From Yuukianura sp. NJ FZ-2021 (lineage: Eukaryota): a stretch of DNA of 64,000 nucleotides. Location of the stretch: NCBI GenBank assembly GCA_046563655.1, contig CM102285.1, positions 6,696,001 to 6,760,000 on the forward strand, in the 5' to 3' direction. Shown piece by piece: positions 9,301 through 24,300 of this stretch. Every line of letters begins with the position of its first letter. The stretch's first letter is position 1. A model generated the notes under the pieces. The model was not told where the DNA came from, made no database searches, and saw only the letters and a list, made by a program, of their open reading frames with translations. The position numbers and the translations under genes were made by a program.

Positions 9301-12300
9301 TGTGAAAGCCCATCTGAAGTGTTCCAAGCTCAATTTTTCACCAAAAAATCATTTTTTTTTTCATTAAAAACTCCTCTAAAAGTCATTCTGGGATATCCGA
9401 GGAGTCAAAATTGCAAACCGAAATTATGCTTGTGAAAGCCCATCTGAAGTGTTCCAAGCTCAATTTTTCACCAAAAAATCATTTTTTTTCATTAAAAACT
9501 CCCCAAAAAGTCATTCTGGGATATCCGAGGAGTCAAAATTGCAAACCGAAATTATGCTTGCGAAAGCCCATCTGAATTGTTCCAAGCTCAATTTTCACCA
9601 AAAAATCATTTTTTTTCATTAAAAACTCCCCAAAAAGTCATTCTGGGCTATCTCAGATGTCAAAATTGCAAACCGAAATTATGCTTGTGAAAGCCCATCT
9701 GAAGTGTTCCAAGCTCAATTTTTCACCAAAAAATCATTTTATTTCTTTAAAAACTCCCCAAAAAGTCATTCTGGGCTATCTGAGATGTCAAAATTGCAAA
9801 CCGAAATTATGCTTGTGAAAGCCCATCTGAATTGTTCCAAGCTCAATTTTTCACCAAAAAATCATTTTTTTTCATTAAAAACTCCCCAAAAAGTCATTCT
9901 GGGCTATCTCAGATGTCAAAATTGCAAACCGAAATTATGCTTGCGAGAGCCCATCTGAAGTGTTCAAAGCTCAATTTTATCACCAAAAAATCATTTTTTT
10001 TCATTAAAAACTCCCCAAAAAGTCATTCTGGGCTATCGGAGATGTCAAAATTGCAAACCGAAATTATGCTTGTGAAAGCCCATCTGAAGTGTTCCAAGCT
10101 CAATTTTTCACCAAAAAATCATTTCTTTTTTCATTAAAAACTCCTCTAAAAGTCATTCTGGGATATCCGAGGAGTCAAAATTGCAAACCGAAATTATGCT
10201 TGTGAAAGCCCATCTGAAGTGTTCCAAGCTCAATTTTTCACCAAAAAATCATTTTTTTTTCATTAAAAACTCCAAAAAAGTCATTCTGGGCTATCGGAGA
10301 TGTCAAAATTGCAAACCGAAATTATGCTTGTGAAAGCCCATCTGAAGTGTTCCAAGCTCAATTTTTCACCAAAAAATCATTTTTTTTTAATTAAAAACTC
10401 CTCTAAAAGTCATTCTGGGATATCCGAGGAGTCAAAATTGCGAACCGAAATTATGCTTGTGAAAGCCCATCTGAAGTGTTCCTAGCTCAATTTTTCACCA
10501 AAAAATCATTTTTTTTTCATTAAAAACTCCCCAAAAAGTCATTCTGGGATATCCGAGGAGTCAAAATTGCAAACCGAAATTATGCTTGCGAAAGCCCATC
10601 TGAAGTGTTCAAAGCTCAATTTTTCACCAAAAAATCATTTTTTTTCATTAAAAACTCCTCAAAAAGTCATTCTGGGCTATCCGAGGAGTCAAAATTGCAA
10701 ACCGAAATTATGCTTGCGAAAGCCCATCTGAAGTGTTCCAAGCTCAATTTTTCACCAAAAAATCATTTCTTTTTTCATTAAAAACTCCTCAAAAAGTCAT
10801 TCTGGGATATCCGAGGAGTCAAAATTGCAAACCGAAATTATGCTTGTGAAAGCCCATCTGAAGTGTTCCTAGCTCAATTTTTCACCAAAAAATCATTTTT
10901 TTTTCATTAAAAACTCCCCAAAAAGTCATTCTGGGCTATCCGAGGAGTCAAAATTGCAAACCGAAATTATGCTTGCGAAAGCCCATCTGAAGTGTTCAAA
11001 GCTCAATTTTATCAGCAAAAAATCATTTTTTTTCATTAAAAACTCCCCAAAAAGTCATTCTGGGCTATCGGAGATGTCAAAATTGCAAACCGAAATTATG
11101 CTTGTGAAAGCCCATCTGAAGTGTTCCAAGCTCAATTTTTCACCAAAAAATCATTTCTTTTTTCATTAAAAACTCCTCTAAAAGTCATTCTGGGATATCC
11201 GAGGAGTCAAAATTGCAAACCGAAATTATGCTTGTGAAAGCCCATCTGAAGTGTTCCAAGCTCAATTTTTCACCAAAAAATCATTTTTTTTTTCATTAAA
11301 AACTCCAAAAAAGTCATTCTGGGCTATCGGAGATGTCAAAATTGCAAACCGAAATTATGCTTGTGAAAGCCCATCTGAAGTGTTCCAAGCTCAATTTTTC
11401 ACCAAAAAATCATTTTTTTTTCATTAAAAACTCCTCTAAAAGTCATTCTGGGATATCCGAGGAGTCAAAATTGCAAACCGAAATTATGCTTGTGAAAGCC
11501 CATCTGAATTGTTCCAAGCTCAATTTTTCACCAAAAAATCATTTTTTTTTTCATTAAAAACTCCTCAAATAGTCATTCTGGGATATCCGAGGAGTCAAAA
11601 TTGCAAACCAAAATTATGCTTGTGAAAGCCCATCTGAAGTGTTCCTAGCTCAATTTTTCACCAAAAAATCATTTTTTTTCATTAAAAACTCCCCAAAAAG
11701 TCATTCTGGGATATCCGAGGAGTCAAAATTGCAAACCGAAATTATGCTTGCGAAAGCCCATCTGAAGTGTTCAAAGCTCAATTTTTCACCAAAAAATCAT
11801 TTTTTTTCATTAAAAACTCCTAAAAAAGTCATTCTGGGCTATCCGAGGAGTCAAAATTGCAAACCGAAATTATGCTTGCGAAAGCCCATCTGAAGTGTTC
11901 AAAGCTCAATTTTTCACCAAAAAATCATTTTGTTTCATTAAAAACTCCAAAAAAGCCATTCTGGGCTATCGGAGATGTCAAAATTGCAAACCGAAATTAT
12001 GCTTGTGAAAGCCCATCTGAAGTGTTCCAAGCTCAATTTTTCACCAAAAAATCATTTCTTTTTTCATTAAAAACTCCTCTAAAAGTCATTCTGGGATATC
12101 CGAGGAGTCAAAATTGCAAACCGAAATTATGCTTGTGAAAGCCCATCTGAAGTGTTCCTAGCTCAATTTTTCACCAAAAAATCATTTTTTTCATTAAAAA
12201 CTCCCCAAAAAGTCATTCTGGGCTATCGGAGATGTCAAAATTGCAAACCGAAATTATGCTTGTGAAAGCCCATCTGAAGTGTTCCAAGCTCAATTTTTCA

Positions 12301-15300
12301 CCAAAAAATCATTTCTTTTTTCATTAAAAACTCCTCTAAAAGTCATTCTGGGATATCCGAGGAGTCAAAATTGCGAACCGAAATTATGCTTGTGAAAGCC
12401 CATCTGAAGTGTTCCTAGCTCAATTTTTCACCAAAAAATCATTTTTTTTTCATTAAAAACTCCCCAAAAAGTCATTCTGGGATATCCGAGGAGTCAAAAT
12501 TGCAAACCGAAATTATGCTTGCGAAAGCCCATCTGAAGTGTTCAAAGCTCAATTTTTCACCAAAAAATCATTTTTTTTCATTAAAAACTCCTAAAAAAGT
12601 CATTCTGGGCTATCCGAGGAGTCAAAATTGCAAACCGAAATTATGCTTGCGAAAGCCCATCTGAAGTGTTCAAAGCTCAATTTTTCACCAAAAAATCATT
12701 TTTTTTTCATTAAAAACTCCTCAAAAAGTCATTCTGGGATATCCGAGGAGTCAAAATTGCAAACCGAAATTATGCTTGTGAAAGTCCATCTGAAGTGTTC
12801 CTAGCTCAATTTTTCACCAAAAAATCATTTTTTTTTCATTAAAAACTCCCCAAAAAGTCATTCTGGGCTATCCGAGGAGTCAAAATTGCAAACCGAAATT
12901 ATGCTTGCGAAAGCCCATCTGAAGTGTTCAAAGCTCAATTTTATCAGCAAAAAATCATTTTTTTTCATTAAAAACTCCCCAAAAAGTCATTCTGGGCTAT
13001 CGGAGATGTCAAAATTGCAAACCGAAATTATGCTTGTGAAAGCCCATCTCAAGTGTTCCAAGCTCAATTTTTCACCAAAAAATCATTTCTTTTTTCATTA
13101 AAAACTCCTCTAAAAGTCATTCTGGGATATCCGAGGAGTCAAAATTGCAAACCGAAATTATGCTTGTGAAAGCCCATCTGAAGTGTTCCAAGCTCAATTT
13201 TTCACCAAAAAATCATTTTTTTTTCATTAAAAACTCCAAAAAAGTCATTCTGGGCTATCGGAGATGTCAAAATTGCAAACCGAAATTATGCTTGTGAAAG
13301 CCCATCTGAAGTGTTCCAAGCTCAATTTTTCACCAAAAAATCATTTCTTTTTTCATTAAAAACTCCTCTAAAAGTCATTCTGGGATATCCGAGGAGTCAA
13401 AATTGCAAACCGAAATTATGCTTGTGAAAGCCCATCTGAAGTGTTCCTAGCTCAATTATTCACCAAAAAATCATTTTTTTCATTAAAAGCTCCCAAAAAG
13501 TCATTCTGGGATATCCGAGGAGTCAAAATTGCAAACCGAAATTATGCTTGCGAAAGCCCATCTGAAGTGTTCCAAGCTCAATTTTTCACCAAAAAATCAT
13601 TTTTTTTTCATTAAAAACTCCAAAAAAGCCATTCTGGGCTATCTGAGATGTCAAAATTGCAAACCGAAATTATGCTTGTGAAAGCCCATCTGAATTGTTC
13701 CAAGCTCAATTTTTCACCAAAAAATCATTTTTTTTCATTAAAAACTCCCCAAAAAGTCATTCTGGGCTATCTCAGATGTCAAAATTGCAAACCGAAATTA
13801 TGCTTGTGAAAGCCCATCTGAAGTGTTCCAAGGTCAATTTTTCACCAAAAATTATTTTTTTCATTAAAAACTCCAAAAAAGTCATTCTGGGCTATCGGAG
13901 ATGTCAAAATTGCAAACCGAAATTATGCTTGTGAAAGCCCATCTGAATTGTGTTCCAAGCTCAATTTTTCACCAAAAAATCATTTCTTTTTTCATTAAAA
14001 ACTCCTCTAAAAGTCATTCTGGGATATCCGAGGAGTCAAAATTGCAAACCGAAATTATGCTTGTGAAAGCCCATCTGAAGTGTTCCTAGCTCAATTTTTC
14101 ACCAAAAAATCATTTTTTTTTCATTAAAAACTCCCCAAAAAGTCATTCTGGGATATCCGAGGAGTCAAAATTGCAAACCGAAATTATGCTTGCGAAAGCC
14201 CATCTGAAGTGTTCAAAGCTCAATTTTTCACCAAAAAATCATTTTTTTTTTCATTAAAAACTCCAAAAAAGCCATTCTGGGCTATCTGAGATGTCAAAAT
14301 TGCAAACCGAAATTATGCTTGTGAAAGCCCATCTGAATTGTTCCAAGCTCAATTTTTCACCAAAAAATCATTTTTTTTCATTAAAAACTCCCCAAAAAGT
14401 CATTCTGGGCTATCTCAGATGTCAAAATTGCAAACCGAAATTATGCTTGTGAAAGCCCATCTGAAGTGTTCCAAGCTCAATTTTTCACCAAAAAATCATT
14501 TTTTTTCATTAAAAACTCCAAAAAAGTCATTCTGGGCTATCGGAGATGTCAAAATTGCAAACCGAAATTATGCTTGTGAAAGCCCATCTCAAGTGTTCCA
14601 AGCTCAATTTTTCACCAAAAAATCATTTCTTTTTTCATTAAAAACTCCTCTAAAAGTCATTCTGGGATATCCGAGGAGTCAAAATTGCAAACCGAAATTA
14701 TGCTTGTGAAAGCCCATCTGAAGTGTTCCAAGCTCAATTTTTCACCAAAAAATCATTTTTTTTTTCATTAAAAACTCCAAAAAAGTCATTCTGGGCTATC
14801 GGAGATGTCAAAATTGCAAACCGAAATTATGCTTGTGAAAGCCCATCTGAAGTGTTCCAAGCTCAATTTTTCACCAAAAAATCATTTCTTTTTTCATTAA
14901 AAACTCCTCTAAAAGTCATTCTGGGATATCCGAGGAGTCAAAATTGCAAACCGAAATTATGCTTGTGAAAGCCCATCTGAAGTGTTCCTAGCTCAATTAT
15001 TCACCAAAAAATCATTTTTTTCATTAAAAGCTCCCAAAAAGTCATTCTGGGATATCCGAGGAGTCAAAATTGCAAACCGAAATTATGCTTGCGAAAGCCC
15101 ATCTGAAGTGTTCCAAGCTCAATTTTTCACCAAAAAATCATTTTTTTTTCATTAAAAACTCCAAAAAAGCCATTCTGGGCTATCTGAGATGTCAAAATTG
15201 CAAACCGAAATTATGCTTGTGAAAGCCCATCTGAATTGTTCCAAGCTCAATTTTTCACCAAAAAATCATTTTTTTTCATTAAAAACTCCCCAAAAAGTCA

Positions 15301-18300
15301 TTCTGGGCTATCTCAGATGTCAAAATTGCAAACCGAAATTATGCTTGTGAAAGCCCATCTGAAGTGTTCCAAGGTCAATTTTTCACCAAAAAAAAATATT
15401 TTTTTATTAAATACTCCAAAAAAGTCATTCTGGGCTATCGGAGATGTCAAAATTGCAAACCGAAATTATGCTTGTGAAAGCCCATCTGAATTGTGTTCCA
15501 AGCTCAATTTTTCACCAAAAAATCATTTCTTTTTTCATTAAAAACTCCTCTAAAAGTCATTCTGGGATATCCGAGGAGTCAAAATTGCAAACCGAAATTA
15601 TGCTTGTGAAAGCCCATCTGAAGTGTTCCAAGCTCAATTATTCACCAAAAAATCATTTTTTTCATTAAAAGCTCCCAAAAAGTCATTCTGGGATATCCGA
15701 GGAGTCAAAATTGCAAACCGAAATTATGCTTGCGAAAGCCCATCTGAAGTGTTCCAAGCTCAATTTTTCACCAAAAAATCATTTTTTTTTCATTAAAAAC
15801 TCCAAAAAAGCCATTCTGGGCTATCTGAGATGTCAAAATTGCAAACCGAAATTATGCTTGTGAAAGCCCATCTGAATTGTTCCAAGCTCAATTTTTCACC
15901 AAAAAATCATTTTTTTTTCATTAAAAACTCCCCAAAAAGTCATTCTGGGCTATCTCAGATGTCAAAATTGCAAACAGAAATTATGCTTGTGAAAGCCCAT
16001 CTGAAGTGTTCCAAGCTCAATTTTTCTCCGAAAAATTATTTTTTTCATTAAAAACTCCAAAAAAGTCATTCTGGGCTATCGGAGATGTCAAAATTGCAAA
16101 CCGAAATTATGCTTGTGAAAGCCCATCTGAATTGTGTTCCAAGCTCAATTTTTCACCAAAAAATCATTTCTTTTTTCATTAAAAACTCCTCTAAAAGTCA
16201 TTCTGGGATATCCGAGGAGTCAAAATTGCAAACCGAAATTATGCTTGTGAAAGCCCATCTGAAGTGTTCCTAGCTCAATTTTTCACCAAAAAATCATTTT
16301 TTTTCATTAAAAACTCCCCAAAAAGTCATTCTGGGCTATCCGAGGAGTCAAAATTGCAAACCGAAATTATGCTTGCGAAAGCCCATCTGAAGTGTTCCAA
16401 GCTCAATTTTTCACCAAAAAATCATTTCTTTTTTCATTAAAAACTCCTCTAAAAGTCATTCTGGGATATCCGAGGAGTCAAAATTGCGAACCGAAATTAT
16501 GCTTGTGAAAGCCCATCTGAAGTGTTCCTAGCTCAATTTTTCACCAAAAAATCATTTTTTTTCATTAAAAACTCCCCAAAAAGTAATTCTGGGCTATCTC
16601 AGATGTCAAAATTGCAAACCGAAATTATGCTTGTGAAAGCCCATCTGAAGTGTTCCAAGCTCAATTTTTCACCAAAAAATCATTTCTTTTTTCATTAAAA
16701 ACTCCTCTAAAAGTCATTCTGGGATATCCGAGGAGTCAAAATTGCAAACCGAAATTATGCTTGTGAAAGCCCATCTGAAGTGTTCCAAGCTCAATTTTTC
16801 ACCAAAAAATCATTTTTTTTTTCATTAAAAACTCCAAAAAAGTCATTCTGGGCTATCGGAGATGTCAAAATTGCAAACCGAAATTATGCTTGTGAAAGCC
16901 CATCTGAAGTGTTCCAAGCTCAATTTTTCACCAAAAAATCATTTCTTTTTTCATTAAAAACTCCTCTAAAAGTCATTCTGGGATATCCGAGGAGTCAAAA
17001 TTGCAAACCGAAATTATGCTTGTGAAAGCCCATCTGAAGTGTTCCTAGCTCAATTTTTCACCAAAAAATCATTTTTTTTCATTAAAAACTCCCCAAAAAG
17101 TCATTCTGGGATATCCGAGGAGTCAAAATTGCAAACCGAAATTATGCTTGTGAAAGGCCATCTGAAGTGTTCCAAGCTCAATTTTTCACCAAAAAATCAT
17201 TTTTTTTCATTAAAAACTCCCCAAAAAGTCATTCTGGGCTATCTCAGATGTCAAAATTGCAAACCGAAATTATGCTTGTGAAAGCCCATCTGAAGTGTTC
17301 CAAGCTCAATTTTTCACCAAAAAATCATTTTTTTTTCATTAAAAACTCCAAAAAAGTCATTCTGGGCTATCGGAGATGTCAAAATTGCAAACCGAAATTA
17401 TGCTTGTGAAAGCCCATCTGAATTGTGTTCCAAGCTCAATTTTTCACCAAAAAATCATTTCTTTTTTCATTAAAAACTCCTCTAAAAGTCATTCTGGGAT
17501 ATCCGAGGAGTCAAAATTGCAAACCGAAATTATGCTTGTGAAAGCCCATCTGAAGTGTTCCTAGCTCAATTTTTCACCAAAAAATCATTTTTTTTCATTA
17601 AAAACTCCCCAAAAAGTCATTCTGGGCTATCCGAGGAGTCAAAATTGCAAACCGAAATTATGCTTGCGAAAGCCCATCTGAAGTGTTCCAAGCTCAATTT
17701 TTCACCAAAAAATCATTTTTTTTTCATTAAAAACTCCAAAAAAGCCATTCTGGGCTATCGGAGATGTCAAAATTGCAAACCGAAATTATGCTTGTGAAAG
17801 CCCATCTGAAGTGTTCCAAGCTCAATTTTTCACCAAAAAATCATTTCTTTTTTCATTAAAAACTCCTCTAAAAGTCATTCTGGGATATCCGAGGAGTCAA
17901 AATTGCAAACCGAAATTATGCTTGTGAAAGCCCATCTGAAGTGTTCCTAGCTCAATTTTTCACCAAAAAATCATTTTTTTTCATTAAAAACTCCCCAAAA
18001 AGTCATTCTGGGCTATCGGAGATGTCAAAATTGCAAACCGAAATTATGCTTGTGAAAGCCCATCTGAATTGTTCCAAGCTCAATTTTTCACCAAAAAATC
18101 ATTTTTTTTCATTAAAAACTCCCCAAAAAGTCATTCTGGGCTATCTCAGATGTCAAAATTGCAAACCGAAATTATGCTTGTGAAAGCCCATCTGAAGTGT
18201 TCCAAGCTCAATTTTTCACCAAAAAATCATTTTTTTTTCATTAAAAACTCCAAAAAAGTCATTCTGGGCTATCGGAGATGTCAAAATTGCAAACCGAAAT

Positions 18301-21300
18301 TATGCTTGTGAAAGCCCATCTGAATTGTGTTCCAAGCTCAATTTTTCACCAAAAAATCATTTTTTTTTAATTAAAAACTCCTCTAAAAGTCATTCTGGGA
18401 TATCCGAGGAGTCAAAATTGCAAACCGAAATTATGCTTGTGAAAGCCCATCTGAAGTGTTCCAAGCTCAATTTTTCACCAAAAAATCATTTTTTTTCATT
18501 AAAAACTCCTAAAAAAGTCTTTCTGGGCTATCCGAGGAGTCAAAATTGCAAACCGAAATTATGCTTGCGAAAGCCCATCTGAAGTGTTCAAAGCTCAATT
18601 TTTCACCAAAAAATCATTTTTTTTCATTAAAAACTCCTCAAAAAGTCATTATGGGCTATCGGAGATGTCAAAATTGCAAACCGAAATTATGCTTGTGAAA
18701 GCCCATCTGAAGTGTTCCAAGCTCAATTTTTCACCAAAAAATCATTTCTTTTTTCATTAAAAACTCCTCTAAAAGTCATTCTGGGATATCCGAGGAGTCA
18801 AAATTGCAAACCGAAATTATGCTTGTGAAAGCCCATCTGAAGTGTTCCTAGCTCAATTTTTCACCAAAAAATCATTTTTTTTCATTAAAAACTCCCCAAA
18901 AAGTCATTCTGGGCTATCGGAGATGTCAAAATTGCAAACCGAAATTATGCTTGTGAAAGCCCATCTGAAGTGTTCCAAGCTCAATTTTTCACCAAAAAAT
19001 CATTTCTTTTTTCATTAAAAACTCCTCTAAAAGTCATTCTGGGATATCCGAGGAGTCAAAATTGCAAACCGAAATTATGCTTGTGAAAGCCCATCTGAAG
19101 TGTTCCAAGCTCAATTTTTCACCAAAAAATCATTTTTTTTTCATTAAAAACTCCAAAAAAGTCATTCTGGGCTATCGGAGATGTCAAAATTGCAAACCGA
19201 AATTATGCTTGTGAAAGCCCATCTGAAGTGTTCCAAGCTCAATTTTTCACCAAAAAATCATTTCTTTTTTCATTAAAAACTCCTCTAAAAGTCATTCTGG
19301 GATATCCGAGGAGTCAAAATTGCGAACCGAAATTATGCTTGTGAAAGCCCATCTGAAGTGTTCCTAGCTCAATTTTTCACCAAAAAATCATTTTTTTTCA
19401 TTAAAAACTCCCCAAAAAGTCATTCTGGGATATCCGAGGAGTCAAAATTGCAAACCGAAATTATGCTTGCGAAAGCCCATCTGAAGTGTTCAAAGCTCAA
19501 TTTTTCATAAAAAATCATTTTTTTTTTCATTAAAAACTCCTAAAAAAGTCATTCTGGGCTATCCGAGGAGTCAAAATTGCAAACCGAAATTATGCTTGCG
19601 AAAGCCCATCTGAAGTGTTCCAAGCTCAATTTTTCACCAAAAAATCATTTCTTTTTTCATTAAAAACTCCTCAAAAAGTCATTCTGGGATATCCGAGGAG
19701 TCAAAATTGCAAACCGAAATTATGCTTGTGAAAGCCCATCTGAAGTGTTCCTAGCTCAATTTTTCACCAAAAAATCATTTTTTTTTCATTAAAAACTCCC
19801 CAAAAAGTCATTCTGGGCTATCCGAGGAGTCAAAATTGCAAACCGAAATTATGCTTGCGAAAGCCCATCTGAAGTGTTCAAAGCTCAATTTTATCACCAA
19901 AAAATCATTTTTTTTTTCTTTAAAAACTACAAAAAAGTCATTCTGGGCTATCGGAGATGTCAAAATTGCAAACCGAAATTATGCTTGTGAAAGCCCATCT
20001 GTAGTGTTCCAAGCTCAATTTGTCACCAAAAAATCATTTTTTTTTATTAAAAACTCCTCTAAAAGTCATCCTGGGATATCCGAGGAGTCAAAATTGCAAA
20101 CCGAAATTATGCTTGTGAAAGCCCATCTGAAGTGTTCCAAGCTCAATTTTTCATCAAAAAATTATTTTCTTTTTCATTAAAAACTCCAAAAAAGTCATTC
20201 TGGGCTATCGGAGATGTCAAAATTGCAAACCGAAATTATGCTTGTGAAAGCCCAGCTGAAGTGTTCCAAGCTCAATTTTTCACCAAAAAATCATTTCTTT
20301 TTTCATTAAAAACTCCTCTAAAAGTCATTCTGGGATATCCGAGGAGTCAAAATTGCAAACCGAAATTATGCTTGCGAAAGCCCATCTGAAGTGTTCAAAG
20401 CTCAATTTTTCACCAAAAAATCATTTTTTTTCATTAAAAACTCCCCAAAAAGTCATTCTGGGCTATCCGAGGAGTCAAAATTGCAAACCGAAATTATGCT
20501 TGCGAAAGCCCATCTGAAGTGTTCCAAGCTCAATTTTTCACCAAAAAATCATTTCTTTTTTCATTAAAAACTCCTCAAAAAGTCATTCTGGGATATCCGA
20601 GGAGTCAAAATTGCAAACCGAAATTATGCTTGTGAAAGCCCATCTGAAGTGTTCCTAGCTCAATTTTTCACCAAAAAATCATTTTTTTTTCATTAAAAAC
20701 TCCCCAAAAAGTCATTCTGGGCTATCCGAGGAGTCAAAATTGCAAACCGAAATTATGCTTGCGAAAGCCCATCTGAAGTGTTCAAAGCTCAATTTTATCA
20801 GCAAAAAATCATTTTTTTTCATTAAAAACTCCCCAAAAAGTCATTCTGGGCTATCGGAGATGTCAAAATTGCAAACCGAAATTATGCTTGTGAAAGCCCA
20901 TCTGAAGTGTTCCAAGCTCAATTTGTCACCAAAAAATCATTTTTTTTTATTAAAAACTCCTCTAAAAGTCATTCTGGGATATCCGAGGAGTCAAAATTGC
21001 AAACCGAAATTATGCTTGTGAAAGCCCATCTGAAGTGTTCCAAGCTCAATTTTTCACCAAAAAATCATTTTTTTTTCATTAAAAACTCCAAAAAAGTCAT
21101 TCTGGGCTATCGGAGATGTCAAAATTGCAAACCGAAATTATGCTTGTGAAAGCCCATCTGAAGTGTTCCAAGCTCAATTTTTCACCAAAAAATCATTTCT
21201 TTTTTCATTAAAAACTCCTCTAAAAGTCATTCTGGGATATCCGAGGAGTCAAAATTGCAAACCGAAATTATGCTTGTGAAAGCCCATCTGAAGTGTTCCT

Positions 21301-24300
21301 AGCTCAATTTTTCACCAAAAAATCATTTTTTTTCATTAAAAACTCCCCAAAAAGTCATTCTGGGATATCCGAGGAGTCAAAATTGCAAACCGAAATTATG
21401 CTTGCGAAAGCCCATCTGAAGTGTTCCAAGCTCAATTTTTCACCAAAAAATCATTTCCTTTCATTAAAAACTCCAAAAAAGCCATTCTGGGCTATCTGAG
21501 ATGTCAAAATTGCAAACCGAAATTATGCTTGTGAAAGCCCATCTGAATTGTTCCAAGCTCAATTTTTCACCAAAAAATCATTTTTTTTCATTAAAAACTC
21601 CCCAAAAAGTCATTCTGGGCCATCTCAGATGTCAAAATTGCAAACCGAAATTATGCTTGTGAAAGCCCATCTGAAGTGTTCCAAGCTCAATTTTTCACCA
21701 AAAAATCATTTCTTTTTTCATTAAAAACTCCTCTAAAAGTCATTCTGGGATATCCGAGGAGTCAAAATTGCGAACCGAAATTATGCTTGTGAAAGCCCAT
21801 CTGAAGTGTTCCTAGCTCAATTTTTCACCAAAAAATCATTTTTTTTCATTAAAAACTCCCCAAAAAGTCATTCTGGGATATCCGAGGAGTCAAAATTGCA
21901 AACCGAAATTATGCTTGCGAAAGCCCATCTGAATTGTTCCAAGCTCAATTTTCACCAAAAAATCATTTTTTTTCATTAAAAACTCCCCAAAAAGTCATTC
22001 TGGGCTATCTCAGATGTCAAAATTGCAAACCGAAATTATGCTTGTGAAAGCCCATCTGAAGTGTTCCAAGCTCAATTTTTCACCAAAAAATCATTTTTTT
22101 CATTAAAAACTCCCCAAAAAGTCATTCTGGGCTATCTGAGATGTCAAAATTGCAAACCGAAATTATGTTTGTGAAAGCCCATCTGAATTGTTCCAAGCTC
22201 AATTTTCACCAAAAAATCATTTCTTTTCATTAAAAACTCCCCAAAAAGTCATTCTGGGCTATCTCAGATGTCAAAATTGCAAACCGAAATTATGCTTGCG
22301 AGAGCCCATCTGAAGTGTTCAAAGCTCAATTTTATCACCAAAAAATCATTTTTTTCATTAAAAACTCCCCAAAAAGTCATTCTGGGCTATCGGAGATGTC
22401 AAAATTGCAAACCGAAATTATGCTTGTGAAAGCCCATCTGAAGTGTTCCAAGCTCAATTTTTCACCAAAAAATCATTTCTTTTTTCATTAAAAACTCCTC
22501 TAAAAGTCATTCTGGGATATCCGAGGAGTCAAAATTGCAAACCGAAATTATGCTTGTGAAAGCCCATCTGAAGTGTTCCAAGCTCAATTTTTCACCAAAA
22601 AATCATTTTTTTTTCATTAAAAACTCCAAAAAAGTCATTCTGGGCTATCGGAGATGTCAAAATTGCAAACCGAAATTATGCTTGTGAAAGCCCATCTGAA
22701 GTGTTCCAAGCTCAATTTTTCACCAAAAAATCATTTCTTTTTTCATTAAAAACTCCTCTAAAAGTCATTCTGGGATATCCGAGGAGTCAAAATTGCGAAC
22801 CGAAATTATGCTTGTGAAAGCCCATCTGAAGTGTTCCTAGCTCAATTTTTCACCAAAAAATCATTTTTTTTCATTAAAAACTCCCCAAAAAGTCATTCTG
22901 GGCTATCCGAGGAGTCAAAATTGCAAACCGAAATTATGCTTGCGAAAGCCCATTTGAAGTGTTCAAAGCTCAATTCTTCACCAAAAAATTATTTTGTTCA
23001 TTAAAAACTAAAAAAGTCCATTCTGGGCTATCCGAGGAGTCAAAATCGCAAACCGAAATTATGCTTGCGAAAGCCCATCTGAAGTGTTCAAAGCTCAATT
23101 TTTCACCAAAAAATCATTTTTTTTCATTAAAAACTCCTCAAAAAGTCATTCTGGGATATCCGAGGAGTCAAAATTGCAAACCGAAATTATGCTTGTGAAA
23201 GCCCATCTGAAGTGTTCCTAGCTCAATTTTTCACCAAAAAATCATTTTTTTTTCATTAAAAACTCCCCAAAAAGTCATTCTGGGCTATCCGAGGAGTCAA
23301 AATTGCAAACCGAAATTATGCTTGCGAAAGCCCATCTGAAGTGTTCAAAGCTCAATTTTATCAGCAAAAAATCATTTTTTTTCATTAAAAACTCCCCAAA
23401 AAGTCATTCTGGGCTATCGGAGATGTCAAAATTGCAAACCGAAATTATGCTTGTGAAAGCCCATCTGAAGTGTTCCAAGCTCAATTTTTCACCAAAAAAT
23501 CATTTCTTTTTTCATTAAAAACTCCTCTAAAAGTCATTCTGGGATATCCGAGGAGTCAAAATTGCAAACCGAAATTATGCTTGTGAAAGCCCATCTGAAG
23601 TGTTCCAAGCTCAATTTTTCACCAAAAAATCATTTTTTTTTCATTAAAAACTCCAAAAAAGTCATTCTGGGCTATCGGAGATGTCAAAATTGCAAACCGA
23701 AATTATGCTTGTGAAAGCCCATCTGAAGTGTTCCAAGCTCAATTTTTCACCAAAAAATCATTTCTTTTTTCATTAAAAACTCCTCTAAAAGTCATTCTGG
23801 GATATCCGAGGAGTCAAAATTGCAAACCGAAATTATGCTTGTGAAAGCCCATCTGAAGTGTTCCTAGCTCAATTTTTCACCAAAAAATCATTTTTTTTTC
23901 ATTAAAAACTCCCCAAAAAGTCATTCTGGGATATCCGAGGAGTCAAAATTGCAAACCGAAATTATGCTTGCGAAAGCCCATCTGAAGTGTTCCAAGCTCA
24001 ATTTTTCACCAAAAAATCATTTTTTTTCATTAAAAACTCCAAAAAAGCCATTCTGGGCTATCTGAGATGTCAAAATTGCAAACCGAAATTATGCTTGTGA
24101 AAGCCCATCTGAATTGTTCCAAGCTCAATTTTTCACCAAAAAATCATTTCTTTTTTCATTAAAAACTCCTCTAAAAGTCATTCTGGGATATCCGAGGAGT
24201 CAAAATTGCGAACCGAAATTATGCTTGTGAAAGCCCATCTGAAGTGTTCCTAGCTCAATTTTTCACCAAAAAATCATTTTTTTCATTAAAAACTCCCCAA